Shown piece after piece: positions 1 through 16,964 of a stretch of 64,000 nt of DNA. The DNA comes from Eledone cirrhosa (lineage: Eukaryota). Position 1 is the first letter of the stretch; every line of letters starts with the position of its first letter. Below the pieces are notes generated by a model. That model was not told the origin of the DNA. It worked only from the letters and a program-made list of their open reading frames with translations, and made no database searches. The position numbers and the translations under genes were made by a program. The DNA is taken from NCBI GenBank assembly GCA_964016885.1, contig OZ024740.1:209250001-209314000 (forward strand). Direction: 5' to 3'.

Positions 1-30
1 GGTTGACGCTTGAAATAGCAAGAAGAGGGC

Positions 31-65
31 CTTAACATTTCGGACGCTAGTCCTTCATCAGAAGA
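31..65 (-). ncRNA. Minimal type I hammerhead ribozyme motif (Penelope-associated family A)
   Basis: Reverse complement reads TCTT-CTGATGA-A-GGAC-TAGC-GTCC-GAAA-TGTT-AAG(G): CUGAUGA core, 4-bp stem II, GAAA, minimal stem III, short stem I. Confidence 0.7.
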
Positions 66-1055
66 AAGAATGAGAAATTAGAAAGATTGAAGGGACGGGT
101 GGGGGTGGATTTGGAGAAAAATAACATTCATGTTGCCACTTCTTGTAAAGTATGTATGTATATAAATTTACTACTACAGTACTACAGTCTTCTAGCGACC
201 GGACTAGGTCGGATACTCTTGAACGAAATCCTGCCGAGGAAGGAATATTCCTGTTCCATTAATAGATGCATCTATGACTTGCATATACATTGTGCAACCC
301 GTGATTCATCTTCCCGAATCCCAGAAACCTATCGAAGATTTTTATCGATTCATGTTTTCTTGAGATGGTCCAGGTTAGCGTCCACCGTTTGCATATATCG
401 ATGTTGTGGTATTATTATGGCTACATGCATTTGGCCTCTTTATTCTTAGTGTCAGACTTTACTAACTTTTTCTGTTTACTCTGGGTGAAAACATATTAAC
501 TCTTCACACCATTGAGTGCTTTGTAACAGCCTCAAACAATTCGATTGGTACCTGCTATACTGCGGCTGCAACTTCGATTTATATCCACTATTATTTATTT
601 TCTCCTAGTTCATATATTCAATTATTCAATTGATTGTTTATAAAGCTAGTTGAGAGCTTATTTGAGGCAGCAAAAAAAATGTTCTTCACACTTTGAATTT
701 ACGTGATGACACTGGCGAATTTACTGCTACAGTAGAGTGTCTAGCGACCAGACAAAGTCGGATATTCTGGGACAAAAAACCTGTCGAGAAAGGGATATTC
801 CCGTTCCATCAATAGACGCATCTATACCTTTCGAGGTTGATAAAAGAGTACCAGTTTAATATTGATATCGATACTTCTTCTATATCTCTTTCTCATTTCC
901 ATTTTCTCATTCTCTATCCTTCTCTGAAAGAAATCTGCTGTATTCTGGAAAAAATTCCCGAGAAACGCCGTATGTCCCTACGGCTCCTGCCCCAGGAGTT
1001 GCGGAGCATGTATCTATGCATGCATATATGTATGTAAGTATGTATGTATGTATAT

Positions 1056-1655
1056 GTCAGGTCACCAGTTGGTGCTACTGGTAACATGTATCCCAGTACA
1101 ACCTGTCTCATGGTCGGGTCGTTGGCGACTAAACTGGCAACCCCACCAAGGTTTCTTGGTGAGGAGGGGGACTTTGGACATCCTGCAGGACTAAAAACAA
1201 AACCTGTCAAAAGGCAAAGGAGCTCTTAAGAGTCAATGGCCATCCAAAATCGCCGGGAGAGATGACCCCCTTAGCCTTTGTCAAGGCAGAATTCTAGGAG
1301 AAGGAAAACTCTGATATAACACCTGCAACTCTGATGGTATCCTATGATGTTGACTTGTTCTTCTTTTTGGTAAATATCATCTTGGTTAAGAGAGTGGGAC
1401 TGGCTTTGTGCAGTGCCTTTGCTCACTATGAAAGCTTCATTGCTTTATATCTGGAGATCTCTCTGCACTTGTCATCACATGGTACCATGGGCCCAGCACT
1501 ATGTGTCAATAATTGTCACAAGTGTAGTGTTTGTACCAGAGTTTTCAAGTCGCTGGCTGGACTAAAGGGTCACACTCGTTCAGCGCATCGCTAGTGGTTC
1601 TCCTACATGGATATAAAGTAGTGGCCGTACTCGAAAACGAGTTGGCAGCCACCAT
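1056..1655 (+). mobile_element. Non-autonomous RTE-derived element (5' UTR + last zinc finger + 3' tail)
   Basis: RTE/BovB-like 5' UTR sequence (aagagagtgggactg), then CSVCTRVFKSLAGLKGHTRSAH matching the last finger of the RTE at 6033-7586, then the family tail tggccgtactcgaaaacgag..cagccaccat and (GTAT)n. Confidence 0.7.
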
Positions 1656-1676
1656 GTATATATGTATGTGTATGTG

Positions 1677-2294
1677 AGTGCTACTGGTAACATATAAGCA
1701 AGTACAACTTGTCGCATGGTCGGGTCGTCGGCGACTAAACCGGCAACCCCACCAAGTTTACTTGGTGAGGAGGGTGATTTTGGACACCCTGCTGGACAAA
1801 AAACAAAAGCTGACAAAGGGCGGAAGAACTCATAATAGTCAACAGTCATCCAAAAATGTGTTAATATGTATATACATATGTACATGTGTATGTATATATG
1901 TATATATATATGTATATGCATGTGCGCATATATGTGTATATGCGTAGGGACATAGAAATAATCGGGTTGGATACCTGATCGCGCGGTTAAACCACTGGGA
2001 GTGAATGACCCCTAACATTTGTCAGGGCATTCTTCTAGGAGAAGGTAACTCAGGAAACTGGGATAACTCCGACATAAAACCTGCGGCTCAGAAGTTATCG
2101 ATGATGTTGATCTTTTCTTCTTTTCGGGTTATAGCTACTGTCGCTTAGAGAGTGGGATTGGCTCAGTGCACAGTCTTTCCTCACTTTAAAAATAATCTTC
2201 ACGCACAGGCATTGCATGATAGCATTAATTAATAATTATTGATAATGTTATATTGTGCAATGGCCATACTCGATAACGAAGGGACAGCCATCAT
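1677..2294 (+). mobile_element. Second non-autonomous RTE-derived copy, interrupted by an AT-rich microsatellite
   Basis: 1677-1850 aligns by eye to 1072-1245 and 1995-2200 to 1255-1440. Ends with the same tail tggccatactcgataacga..cagccatcat. Confidence 0.65.
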
Positions 2295-2306
2295 GTATGT
2301 ATGTAT

Positions 2307-3268
2307 GTCAGTAATATCGAGATTTTGGAAAGCTCTCTGTGTGACAGTATAGAAGCTCTTGTGCTTAAGCAAAGACTCCGATCGAGTGGTCACCTTGCCA
2401 GGATGAAGGATTCTAGAATACCGAAGCAACTCTTTTATGGAGAGTTAGTTAAAGAAAAACGACCTCCACATAAACCAAAAAAGAGGTATAAGGATTCCTT
2501 GAAAGCCTCTTTGAAAGACGCTAACATATCTGCTGATACATGGGAAAGCGTAGCTGCTGATCGTAATAAATGGAGAAAGACTGTACACGAGGGGAAAGAT
2601 GTCTTTGAGGCATCTTGAATCGCATACGAGAAAGTAAAAAGGAACGTGAGGAAGGGCATTGCTGTTGCATTTTCAGACAGCTAAGGTCCTCCTATGGCGC
2701 TGACATGCAGCGTCTGTGCGAGGCTCTTCCTCAGCAAAGCTGGACTCGAAAGACATCTTCGCAGTCATAAAATGAGAGCAGTGGTTGACTACCAAGCTGC
2801 TGTTGGAGATGCTACTCATCATGCTTGCCAAGCATGTGGAAGAGAGTGTAGATCAGCAGGAGGGCTCAAACGACATGCAAATGCACATGGAATCCAACCA
2901 CAGCCGGTTATTGCTAGTGAATGTTTTGGTTGCCAACTCTGTGCAAGACATTTTAGATGATTGGCTGGGCTAAAAAGCCACATTCGATCGCATTAAATGT
3001 TATTGTGTGTATGGGTATGTGTGTGTGTGTATGGGTATGTGTGTGTGTGTGCATGTATGTGTATATGTATATATAGAGATATGTATATGTGTGTGTATGT
3101 GTGCGTGTGTGTGTATATATATATATATATATATCATTTTATTATCTTTTTATATATAAATATAAAAAAAGAATGAAAGCATTATTATTATTATTGTCGT
3201 TAGTGTTACTATTATGGTTTTTTTTTCGTGAAATGGCCATACTCGATAACGAGGGGGGCAGCCATCAT
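2307..3268 (+). mobile_element. 5'-truncated RTE-clade LINE (C-terminus with three C2H2 fingers), decayed
   Basis: ORFs 2301-2618 and 2694-2960 are near-identical to 6578-7411 (RIPKQLFYGEL, DRNKWRK), with in-frame stops and the same 3' tail. Confidence 0.9.
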
Positions 3269-3399
3269 ATATGTATGTATGTATATGAATTTATACACAC
3301 ACATCCACATTGAAATACATAATACGTGTATATGAATCTATACACACATCTATCTAGACATATATGCGTGTGAAGCGTATATATGAATTCATTTACACG

Positions 3400-3466
<67 letters not shown>

Positions 3467-4479
3467 TATGCGCGCATATGGATTTACACGCATATGTACA
3501 CATATGCAAACAAAGACTTAGAGATAAGAACTTGTGTATTTATGAGTGAGAAAAAGAGAGTTGGCATGAAAGATAGCAAAGGAAAAAGAACAATGCAGAG
3601 AGTTTGACATCATAAAATGACGCTTCTTTACATCTGCCTCAACTGTTTGTGCACTCCTGATCATTTAGAACGTTCAGTCTTTTTGAATTTTTATGAGACC
3701 GGGTTTTAGGGTAGATTTGGATCCCTGTGATAAATTTTGTGATGATTTGTTAAGAAATAGCAAAATTGTTTCAAGGCAAGTAGACACAGTTTCCTGAACG
3801 GTATTCATTCTGGCTCTCTACGATTTGAGTTTAAATCTCGTCAGGGTCAACCTTGCCTTTCGTCCTTTCGCAGTCAATAAAACTGTACCAGTCCAGTACT
3901 GATGTCGTTTCTTCCCCTCTCTCTTTCTATATCTCTCCCCCTCTATCTATCTCTTTTTGAAAGTAATCGGCAGTGTTCAGACCTGGAGAGGGGATGGGCT
4001 CTGGCAGATTAAAAAAAAAGTGTCTAATGCATTATGTATATTACTACGCCGCTGTTAAGACACCACCAGGAGTTAACATACATTAGATCAGACAACAATT
4101 TTTGTTATTGTTGTTGTTTTTGGTTTCGAGTAAACGTACCAGAGCTGTACAACTTAACAACTCAGTTAACGATGTTGTTATATATTTTTATTAGCCTATG
4201 TTCTTCAAACATTCACTTCTACGTGTTCAGAACTGTAGATGATGTGATTGCGCGCCTAGCAGCAAACCGTGGTTCTACAGATTAATATTAGGTGGCATTG
4301 TTCACGTTAGACAGTGTGAATGGGTGGAGTGAAATGATTAAAATGTAACCTGTATAAGGTTCGAAGTATTTACCGTACACACAGCGGCGTCTACCCACAA
4401 TATGGGTGTAGTCGTGATGTAAGATAAAGGAGTGTTTGTTGGAAAGTTAAGTTTACGAGCCCACACTCATACACATATA

Positions 4480-4621
4480 CGTATGTACGTACTTCATATA
4501 TAATATATATATATATATATATAATATATAACTTTCTTTTTATTTGCCATCAGGATATATTCACACATACATATACAGACACACACATATATATATTTAT
4601 ATTCACACATATACACACACA

Positions 4622-4667
<46 letters not shown>

Positions 4668-4723
4668 CATATATATATACTATACATACGCACACACACA
4701 CACACATATATATATTCACACAT

Positions 4724-4774
<51 letters not shown>

Positions 4775-4804
4775 CATATATATATATACTATACATACGC
4801 ACAT

Positions 4805-4893
<89 letters not shown>

Positions 4894-4925
4894 TACATTC
4901 ACACACACATATTATATATATATAT
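4480..4925. repeat. Compound (TA)n/(CA)n microsatellite
   Basis: Directly visible dinucleotide runs. Confidence 0.95.
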
Positions 4926-5409
4926 GAAGATAAGTAAAGAAATAGACTAGACTTCCAATAATACATCCATTGTATACATATCGTCTCTTCTCTTAGATAT
5001 TTCTTCTAGGCATATTAACAACCCATCTTACATTTTAGTTGATAAAACTGCACACACACTTACATAAATCTTTTTTTTTTCGCGCCAAATTTACATAGAG
5101 CTGTTATAGTACAGCGAGTTACGTGGTCTATCTTTGTCTCCTGTAAATTTGGTTCTGAGGAAGATTACCTGTTTTAAAAACTATTACATGTGTTTGTCTT
5201 GTTGTTGGTTATGTTTGGTTTGGATTGAAGCAAATTGTGTCTGGGGTCTGTTTATGTGTTAGGTGTAAGGTTGATAGTTTGATCGTTTCTGTATAGGTTT
5301 TTGCTTTGTTATTTTTATTTATGAGGGGGATTGTCCACATGTCCTGATTTTCCCTTGGGGGCCCCGGGGCAGTTGAGGTTTGGTGGGCGCCTCATAAAAC
5401 ACATACATA

Positions 5410-7645
<2,236 letters not shown>

Positions 7646-7688
7646 GTGTGTGTATATATATATATAAAATTGTATATATATATAATGT

Positions 7689-7747
<59 letters not shown>

Positions 7748-7831
7748 AAATGGCTGACTGAATACGAACGTGTTTTTTCCCTTTTTTCCCGTCCCTTCCT
7801 CTTTATTTTTCTATTTTATCTTTTATTTCTA

Positions 7832-7868
7832 ACTCCTGATGAAGGACTAGTGTCCGAAACGGTAAGAC
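7832..7868 (+). ncRNA. Hammerhead motif, family A (stem I degenerate)
   Basis: CTGATGA-A-GGAC-TAGT-GTCC-GAAA-CGGTAAGAC. Downstream flank resembles that of the copy at 31-65. Confidence 0.65.
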
Positions 7869-7993
7869 TCTTTACCTGCTATTTAAAGCGTTAAACTAAT
7901 ATATTTCTTCGTTGTACTGTGTCGTTTGCTTTGTTATTTCTGTTTACTTTTTACATACATACACACACACACTCACAACACACACACACATAT

Positions 7994-8063
<70 letters not shown>

Positions 8064-8519
8064 GGCCTGCCCGCCCAGCCAGTGGGATGGCGTTATCTTA
8101 TGGCTAAAACAGCACGACGTGCTGTGACCAGCGGCGCCGATTGGCACCCGACAGACTGATATATATACACACACACATAAACAAGAAGAAAGAGAGAGAG
8201 AGGGAGGAGAAACTGACTAGAGAGGAAAAGATTTGAATTTCTTCAAATACATCTGTTCACTACCATGTCATGAGGTCAAATAATGGGGGTAGCAAGGCAG
8301 CGGCCATTGTGTACACACACACAAGCATATAAATATATATACATGTCAAGTACCATCATTGATAAAAAGGTAGCAGGAGGTGTTTGAAGTGAGAGCCCTC
8401 CTCGCAGAAGAGTCCCTGTTCGGAGAAGGGTGAGTGACTGTTTGATGGGGGACATGCTCCCACACCGCCCCTGATTAACCCAGCCCTGGATGTTTAAATG
8501 GTATATTTTTTAAAACTCC

Positions 8520-8960
8520 ACTTCATATTTCAGATTAATTTCCTCTTCATTATTGCAGAAACTAATTTTCAGTTTTCTCCCATCGTTAAAGTGATAGGAC
8601 CTTTGCTTTCTCACAGTTTAATCTGCAGCCGTTTCAATAACGTTTTGTAGAAGTAGTATCACGGTTGTTTTGGAACACCCTTATTCCACTTGTTGGTCAA
8701 TATCCTTATGGCTTTGTACATTAGTTTTGAGGCTCTAAATTTTAGAAGTTCTATTTCCATGTTCATTTTGTTTAAAAGTATTTATTCCCGTAGTTTTCTT
8801 TGTTGCTCTGGTTTGTTAGCTATCGGTTTCATTTGTAATTTTCGAGGTAAGATCAGTGGAGAAGAATTTAACCATCTTTCATAAATTCCAGTTGAATTTT
8901 CTTGTTTTTAAGTGCATGTTGCTAATGTGTCCAATTTTACTTTTAAAACGATGTGAAATT
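8520..8960 (-). mobile_element. Highly decayed Penelope-like RT-thumb remnant
   Basis: Reverse complement resembles the YKPY/INxxSxHP and FNPP..GKxFxxxLxKxF segments of the element at 38415-39302, with many disruptions. Confidence 0.4.
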
Positions 8961-9823
8961 CCTTGCTCTATTTTAGTGTTCTGTAATGTTGCTGTTAAAT
9001 TGATAGAACCATGAGAGCGTCGAACAAATCCTTAATGATATTTTGTTCGATGCTCTTTACGTTCTGAGTAAGGCTTTACCTTTGATCCTCCCGGAGTCGA
9101 TCAAATAAAGTACCAATAAAGAACTGGGGTTTATATAATCGAATTTCTCCTCCCCAATGTACTGACCTCGTGCCAATATTAGAAAGAAATATTTTTTCCG
9201 TTGAATTGCATAATTGTTGTATATCGATTTCTAATTTAGATACAATACAAGCAAATTTTAGGGGAAGGGCAATGTTGATTAAATCAACTCCAGTACTTGA
9301 CTAGTATTTTATTTTATCGAACCATAACAAATATCACAATGACCTTTTATCCGACACTAACACCCCACCACCCATATAATTGTTGTATAATACGACTGAA
9401 CTGGTTATTACTTCTTCTGGTTTTTGTTGGGGGTTTTATTTTTCATTGTTGAGGTCTTACGCGGAACTAATGTACGTTATAGAGTATTTTGTTGTTGTTT
9501 TTCTATTAAAATCAGGAATTTTCCATTTATATCTTGCAGTTTTTTTTAAAGGATTTCTTCTTTCACAGTTCTATTTGTTTTGTCGGTTTTCAGTGCCATC
9601 TTCTGGATTTATACAGTTTGTAATAGTTAAAAACTAGAGTAAAGTTCCATACAAATCAAAGATTATAATGATCAAATAAAGGTGGAAACGCATACAAGTG
9701 TATTTATAAATTGATTTTTCAGATAAAACAAATGTTTCTAGATTTGGTACATCAAGTAGAGTTCAGTTGTATGAAATAGTTTCCTTCATTACTTGATCAA
9801 CACCCTTATTCCTTTGTCAATTG

Positions 9824-10017
9824 CAGACCTGTCAACTCTCCCCGCCGGCGGGGACATCTCCCATCCATTTTGGGGTGGTTGAGAGATTTCTTCTCTTGTG
9901 AAAATGGGTATAGCTTCCATTATGTAAAATCTCCTTATTTTGCCTCATTTCTCCCCGTTTTGAGACACTTTTTTTCATGGTACTCCCCGTTTGGGTGTTT
10001 AGTTGTTGACAGGTCTA
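9824..10017. mobile_element. MITE family M1 (TIR CAGACCTGTCAAC), 6-bp TSD
   Basis: 13-bp TIRs, CAATTG on both sides, four more copies in the window. Confidence 0.85.
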
Positions 10018-10330
10018 CAATTGCTGTATTATGGTAGTGATGTAAACTCAAATTGCTGAAGAAAACAGTGTCGGAAGTAAATTTACTTTCCAATATTCGC
10101 CATAAGGTTAAGGTGTCAAAAAAATGTTGAAAACCCCTGCATTAGTGTCAATGAAAATTAATACCAAAAGAATAAAAATATATAAATAGATATATAAATA
10201 AATATGCTAATTAAACAACCACTCAGTTACTAAACTAACCGATGAATGGACTAATTACTTAACTTATAATAAACTGAAGTGAAACACAACTGGTGCGTGT
10301 AGTTTTATTAGCAGCATGAACCTCCCAAAG

Positions 10331-10717
10331 TATTCCCGGGTCTCGAATAATTGTCTCCCCACCACTTATTAATTTTTCAGATGTTTTCCAACCCCCTTAC
10401 TCTTATTCCACTCCACTTATTAAATTGTGTTAATCTATCTCCTGTGAAATTTTATTTTAAGTGGTAACATTCCTGCGACAATTAATTTTCTTCATACATT
10501 AAAAAAACATTATACATGACAAAAAAAAAAACATTACTAGAAATCCCATATGTTATAAAATAAATAGGATGGTTTGGGATCTCACTATGTAAACTAAACG
10601 AAATAATTCTGATTTAAAAAAAAAATTCAACGGAGACAACTTAGAAAAAGAGTACTGATTTTCCATCTGCCCCCGCTTATTCCACCCGACCGCCCTATTA
10701 TTTGGAACAGGAGAGTA
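10331..10717. mobile_element. Tc1/pogo-like MITE remnant
   Basis: Imperfect TIRs tattcccgggtctcgaataat / attatttggaacaggagagta bounded by TA. Confidence 0.5.
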
Positions 10718-10739
10718 TAACAATATCCGTTTCAACAAA

Positions 10740-10865
10740 TACAACCGCCAGAAATGGGGTTCCTCCGAAGGGTCTTTGGAGTAATGTTACTCCATAGAAT
10801 GTGTAGCTCAGAGATCAGAGAGGCACCCGAAGTAGAGCCGCCACTTTTCCGAATTGAGAGAGAGA
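10740..10865 (+). mobile_element. RTE LINE fragment
   Basis: EMGFLRRVFGVMLLHRMCSSEIRE is the RTE thumb motif EMxFLRR..D+.R..+IR. Confidence 0.7.
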
Positions 10866-11218
10866 GAGACAGATTGAGATGGAGAGAGAAGGAGAGAGAG
10901 ATTACTCTATTGCTTGCAGACATTACAAGAAGTGATTCTTGATAGCTAAGAGAATGAACTCCTGATACCAACCTGTCTGAGACTGCCACTGGTTCCACAA
11001 TACAAAACTGTTTGTTTTAAAGTGTTTTATTTATCTAAAAACCTTCCATCATAAGAGCCTTTATTAAGTTATGTTCCAAACACCAGTTTAACAATGGGAT
11101 TATTCTTGATTATTTTCAAAAATATTTCCTTTAATTATAATCATATTTTCTCTTTGCAAATCAATGGATTATGTTTTTTGTTCTGTCTCCTGCGATACTA
11201 TAACAAATATAATGACCG

Positions 11219-11265
<47 letters not shown>

Positions 11266-11936
11266 CACAAACACACATATATATAGTGGTAATAGCTTAG
11301 TAGACATATCCAAAGTATAGAGCCGTTGTAGTAACTGCCTTTAATAATTGTGTGTGTGTGTGTGCATGTGTGCGTGCGTGTGTGCATGCGTGTGTGTGTA
11401 TATGTAAATATGTAGATATATTTGTAATGTGTGCATGTGATGCGTTTGTGTATAAAACGTTAATTTAACTCAAGACCTGCGAGTGACAATTCTGTTTATT
11501 ATTAAACATTGGAGTATTTGTTACCCGGTTGAATGACTAGCAGAAAGAAGGACAACAAGAGAAATGCAAATCTATAACAAAAAAAAATGATGTTTTTACT
11601 CAAAATAATTATGTCATGACTCACGACTCAGGACACTCAATAGTCGGCTATATTAGCATTAACATTTGCATTCAATTAATTGACGCCTGTTGCTGTCTGA
11701 CAATAGAAATAGACTTTTGTCTGGCAATATGAAACAAATACACACCAAACTTCACATAACGTCCTTACTGTAACCTAAGGGGCCCCCGCCCGCACCCCGA
11801 CTCTCTCTCTCTTCATGCAAACTCTTTCGAAAATTGAACCACCGAAAAGATGTTCGTCGTTTCTAAATAAATATATCTAATGGACTACACTTGTCAATGA
11901 TGATATGTGCACATATGCACACGCGCGCGCACGCAC

Positions 11937-12029
<93 letters not shown>

Positions 12030-12140
12030 TACATACATATTACTTATATATATTATACATTATTTATTTATACATTATATATATTATAAATATTATATTA
12101 TATATATTATCCATATTATATATGTATATTATATGTATTA

Positions 12141-12805
12141 TATATATATATAATATAAAAGAAAGATGTTTATTGGTTGGTTGAATCACACGAAAACTAC
12201 ACACACACACACATATACACACATACACACACACATCTAAAGAGAGAGACAGAGGGAGAGGCAGAAAGAGAAAGATAGACCGTTATACAGAGAGAGATAC
12301 AATTAAAGTGTTAGATATTCAGAGAGAGAGAGAGAGAGAGAGTGAGAGTAACGTCCTACGAAAGTCTAGAAACGGCTTAAACTATAGAATCAATAGCTTA
12401 TCTATAGTATAGATCCTTTGATCTATAGGAAGGATTAATAATATTGTGTTAGCTTTTATAAAGTCGTTTTACAGTCTTTGATTTTACAGAACAAAGAAAA
12501 ATTGATACTATTTGAAATTAATCCTCCTCCAACTTTTATGCATATACTACTTACAGACCGTACCAACGAAGCAACACTTCAGAAGCAATGTTATCCAGTA
12601 TATTGCTGTGTTTCAGATGACGTCCTTTGGAGCTGAAAAAGATCATACTGACTGTTTTTTTTTTTTTATGTCTCTCTCTCACACACTCACACTACGGTCT
12701 CACATGTGTTGTCTCATACCAGACAACACATCCAATACAGTGGATTTCTCTTTTATCCGTCTTCTCTTAACTGTTCTCCCGGGCGAAACCGGGTACCTCA
12801 GCTAG
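12141..12805 (+). mobile_element. Non-autonomous Helitron, family H1, with a Rep-helicase coding remnant
   Basis: 3' hairpin CCCGG-GCGAAA-CCGGG followed by CTAG|T. Encodes HFRSNVIQYIAVFQMTSFGA, a Helitron N-terminal motif. Confidence 0.85.
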
Positions 12806-12941
12806 TATATATATATATATATATATTATTTATGATAGCTAACTGAACACACGCGTGCTTTTTCTACCAAAATATTTTTTTTATGTTCCTTCCTCTTATC
12901 ACTCTCTATCTTTCTATTGCTTCTTTTATTTCTCATTCCAC

Positions 12942-12976
12942 CTTCTGGTGAAGGACTAACATCCGAAACGTTAAGA
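12942..12976 (+). ncRNA. Mutated hammerhead motif, family A
   Basis: CTT-CTGGTGA-AGGACTAACATCC-GAAACGTT-AAGA, with a core A>G substitution. Confidence 0.55.
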
Positions 12977-13008
12977 CTATTTTCGTACTATATTAAGCGT
13001 TTACCTTT

Positions 13009-13069
<61 letters not shown>

Positions 13070-14045
13070 ACGAAGGAAATGTGGTAAGGAACCAGGTGGA
13101 CCATAACGCACCAAAGTACTCAATACTTAGGGTAGTAGAGTGGGTAATATATATATATATATAAAACATGAGAAGAAAGAATACTGCGTGGTTGCACATA
13201 GGTTACATATGATAAAAATAGTCCTTCGTCAGTGATTTTCCAACCATCATTGGTATTTCATCGCATTAAAAATCATATACCTCAGGCTGGTGCGAGCAAT
13301 CACTAAAAAAAGTTATTGGGACAAGTAAATCGCGTAAAGCGAGGGGGACAAGTAAACAACATAGAAGGATAAAAGCAAACCAAAGATAGGAAAATAAACA
13401 AGCAACATGGTTGTCCGGTCAGCATAAACTGGGTGGATTTCATGAGCGAGAGAGGTACAGACCGTCTGACGTGAGTGAGATGTAAGAAAGAAGAGACCCA
13501 CTACAAGCCAAACGGGAGGAAGTGAGAAGGAGAGAAACAGAGAGTGAGTGAGTGGAAGTGCGAGGAAGAGGTCAGTTGAGATATATATATATATATATAT
13601 ATACTTTCGAAACCCACCACTGCAAACACACGTTTTTAGCGAGATGGGTTAGGGTTACCGAGATGCACCCAAAGTATTGATGCGCCCAAAGTATTTAACA
13701 ATAGAAAGGTTTCTTTTAAAATAACATAGCCGAGTTAGGTTTCTTGCTCTAAATTCTAATTTTAGTATTGAAACCAATGGTAAGCCAAATATTATATTTC
13801 TAACCTCATAAGATACTTTACACCAACAACCAGGTGTCTTTACGTCACTGACGCCCACCATACCTAGTTTATCAGGTCTTCTGAAAGTTAAACTATTGTT
13901 ATTAGGAGACTGGCAATTGTATTCTATATACAGAATTTATCTATCTATCTGTCAAAATCTTCCCCTGTTTATTTTCTTTCTCTTTCTACTCCACCCCTTC
14001 TCTCTCTCTCTCTCCATATATATATGTGAGTATATATATATATAT

Positions 14046-14089
<44 letters not shown>

Positions 14090-14987
14090 ACACATATATA
14101 AACCCGTCTACCTCCTTCAGATGCTTTTATATAAGTATTAAAGAAATGAAGTGTGTCGTAAAGTGTGATGTTATAAAGTGCCTCCATTGGCTGGTTCGGT
14201 TTAGAACACGTGGGGTTAAGGACAAAATAGTGACATCAATCTTTTCCTGCGCTAAACTCTACTCCGTCAAACACTCTGAACCTTGAAATGATATGACATT
14301 GCAGATATCACTGATATTACACTTGCGCATGTTTTACCTAATCCAGAAAGTGGCATGTCTTCAACCTCGAGTGCGTCCATATTGATAGGTGATCAACTAG
14401 CGTGAAGTGGGGGTCTGTTCAATGAGGACTGACATGAGATGAAACAACGATTTCAAGAGCCTAGTGGGGCTCAAGTTTGTCGACCTCCATGCGGTGGGCT
14501 CTGGAAACGATCACTGTTCTCTGATCTCGATCAGGCGAACGACAACAAACTAAGACCAACTCATGAACAACAACTTCAATAGCCTGACATAACTGCTAAT
14601 TCTATATAGTGCCAGCAGTATTGGAATCACGCGGTTCACTAAAACACTCATGATTACATTACACTATGTAAACACCATAATGTCTAAAGCTGTCAAACTT
14701 ATCAGTTCATCTAATGTTTTGTTTTTTTTTCTGTATTCTAAAACGTCCGCAGCAGTAAAAACACAATACCACCAATATCAACATCTTCAACAACGAACGA
14801 CATCAACGTCAACGACATATTAAATTAAACTTGTCATTAAAATAACAGCGATTCAATAGAATGTAAGTTAATAACCTTATTTCATATAGCTTCTTATAGT
14901 AAATATACCAGACGAAAAAAACAAAGAAAGAAAAAATACATACTATACCAGCGGCCTCAAACGTGCGACCCGCGGGCTACATGCACC

Positions 14988-15318
14988 CAGAGGCATAACT
15001 AGGGAAAATAGCGCCTATGGCAAGCAGTGAAATTGTGCCTATGCTATGAAGTACACCTATGTGGTCATGTAGTTCCCAGAGCACTGTATTTATACCTATG
15101 GGCCTAATGATTTTTATAAATGGTTTAATGATCCAGCCACCATAGTGTTCTCACCCATGATAATAAAAGACAGATCATACATCTGAAGAAGTTACTTCCC
15201 CCTCTCTGACAATAGCTTATCTCTCTTTAATAGAAAGTGTTCCTAGTTCAAGTAGCGCCTCCCTTGGGGTGGTACTCACGGCACGTGCGATGCTTGCCAT
15301 ACCCTAAATACGCGTCTG
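14988..15318. mobile_element. hAT-type MITE nested in another hAT-like end
   Basis: TIR cagaggcataactagg / cctaaatacgcgtctg, 8-bp TSD CATGCACC / CATGTACC. Host end cagcggcctcaaac..gacccgcggg at 14949. Confidence 0.7.
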
Positions 15319-15841
15319 CATGTACCCTGCAAACTACTTTTCTAGGACCCGCAGCAGAGCAATTTTCGTGATAATATTTTTCTAAAACTTGGTAATTCGT
15401 CCCTCACCCTTTCCATACCCTTGCATGTAATTTTGTTTGTTTTTTTATTTTGATAATTGTTTTTAAAATTATCTATTCTTTAAAAATGATAAAGCGTTGA
15501 ATTTTGTTATTATTTTCCCTGTTTTAATATTTATAATACAATTTATTGCAATTTACCCATGAAATATATTGTTTCTACTTTAGGCACAAGGCCAGCAATT
15601 TTGGGGGAAGGGAAAATTGATTAAATCGACCCCAGTGTTCTTTATTTATCGATCCAGTAAGGATGAAAGGCAAAGCTAACCTCGGCGGGAATCAAACTAG
15701 CAACCTTACGATTGCGAATCCAATTCTCTAACCACTAAGCCACGCGCCTTCACAATGTATTAATATTGTTTGCTTTGGTAATATCTATAAAGCTGATCCA
15801 CAACTATATCTCCCATCAGAGCTGTTTTTCTTTATTAAATA

Positions 15842-16644
<803 letters not shown>

Positions 16645-16964
16645 TTAGTTGAAGATCTTGGCTATTTTAGAAATGTATAAAAATAAAAGAAGCGGGACAT
16701 TTTCTGATACATTTTCTGATAGCACTGACTTATGATGCGTTTAAACTAGATAATACCCCTATTCTTCATTTCAGCTGTTCTGGCGGTTTACTCTGTGATG
16801 AGAATATTCTAACCTTTCCTATTAATGACAGTGCTGTAACTGTTTGTGTATGTATACTGTTGATTGTCGCTTCGTTTAGAAGAATAGAAGAATAGTTGTT
16901 TCTTCCTCCTCTTGGTATATATTTCATATAGTCACTGGCTAGATACCATCTGAGGCTGCTTGTT

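Noticed and set aside
4231-4285. Possible terminal exon TVDDVIARLAANRGSTD* after ttcag
   Set aside because: Too short, no homology recognised, and a similar stretch at ~3970-4010 suggests a repeat.
13190-13240. Minus-strand CTGACGAAGGAC as another hammerhead
   Set aside because: No GAAA and no closing stem II. At best a dead remnant.
14338-14380. Possible first coding exon MDALEVEDMPLSGL|gtaaaa on the minus strand
   Set aside because: Good ATG and donor, but only 14 codons, no recognisable homology and no partner exon found.
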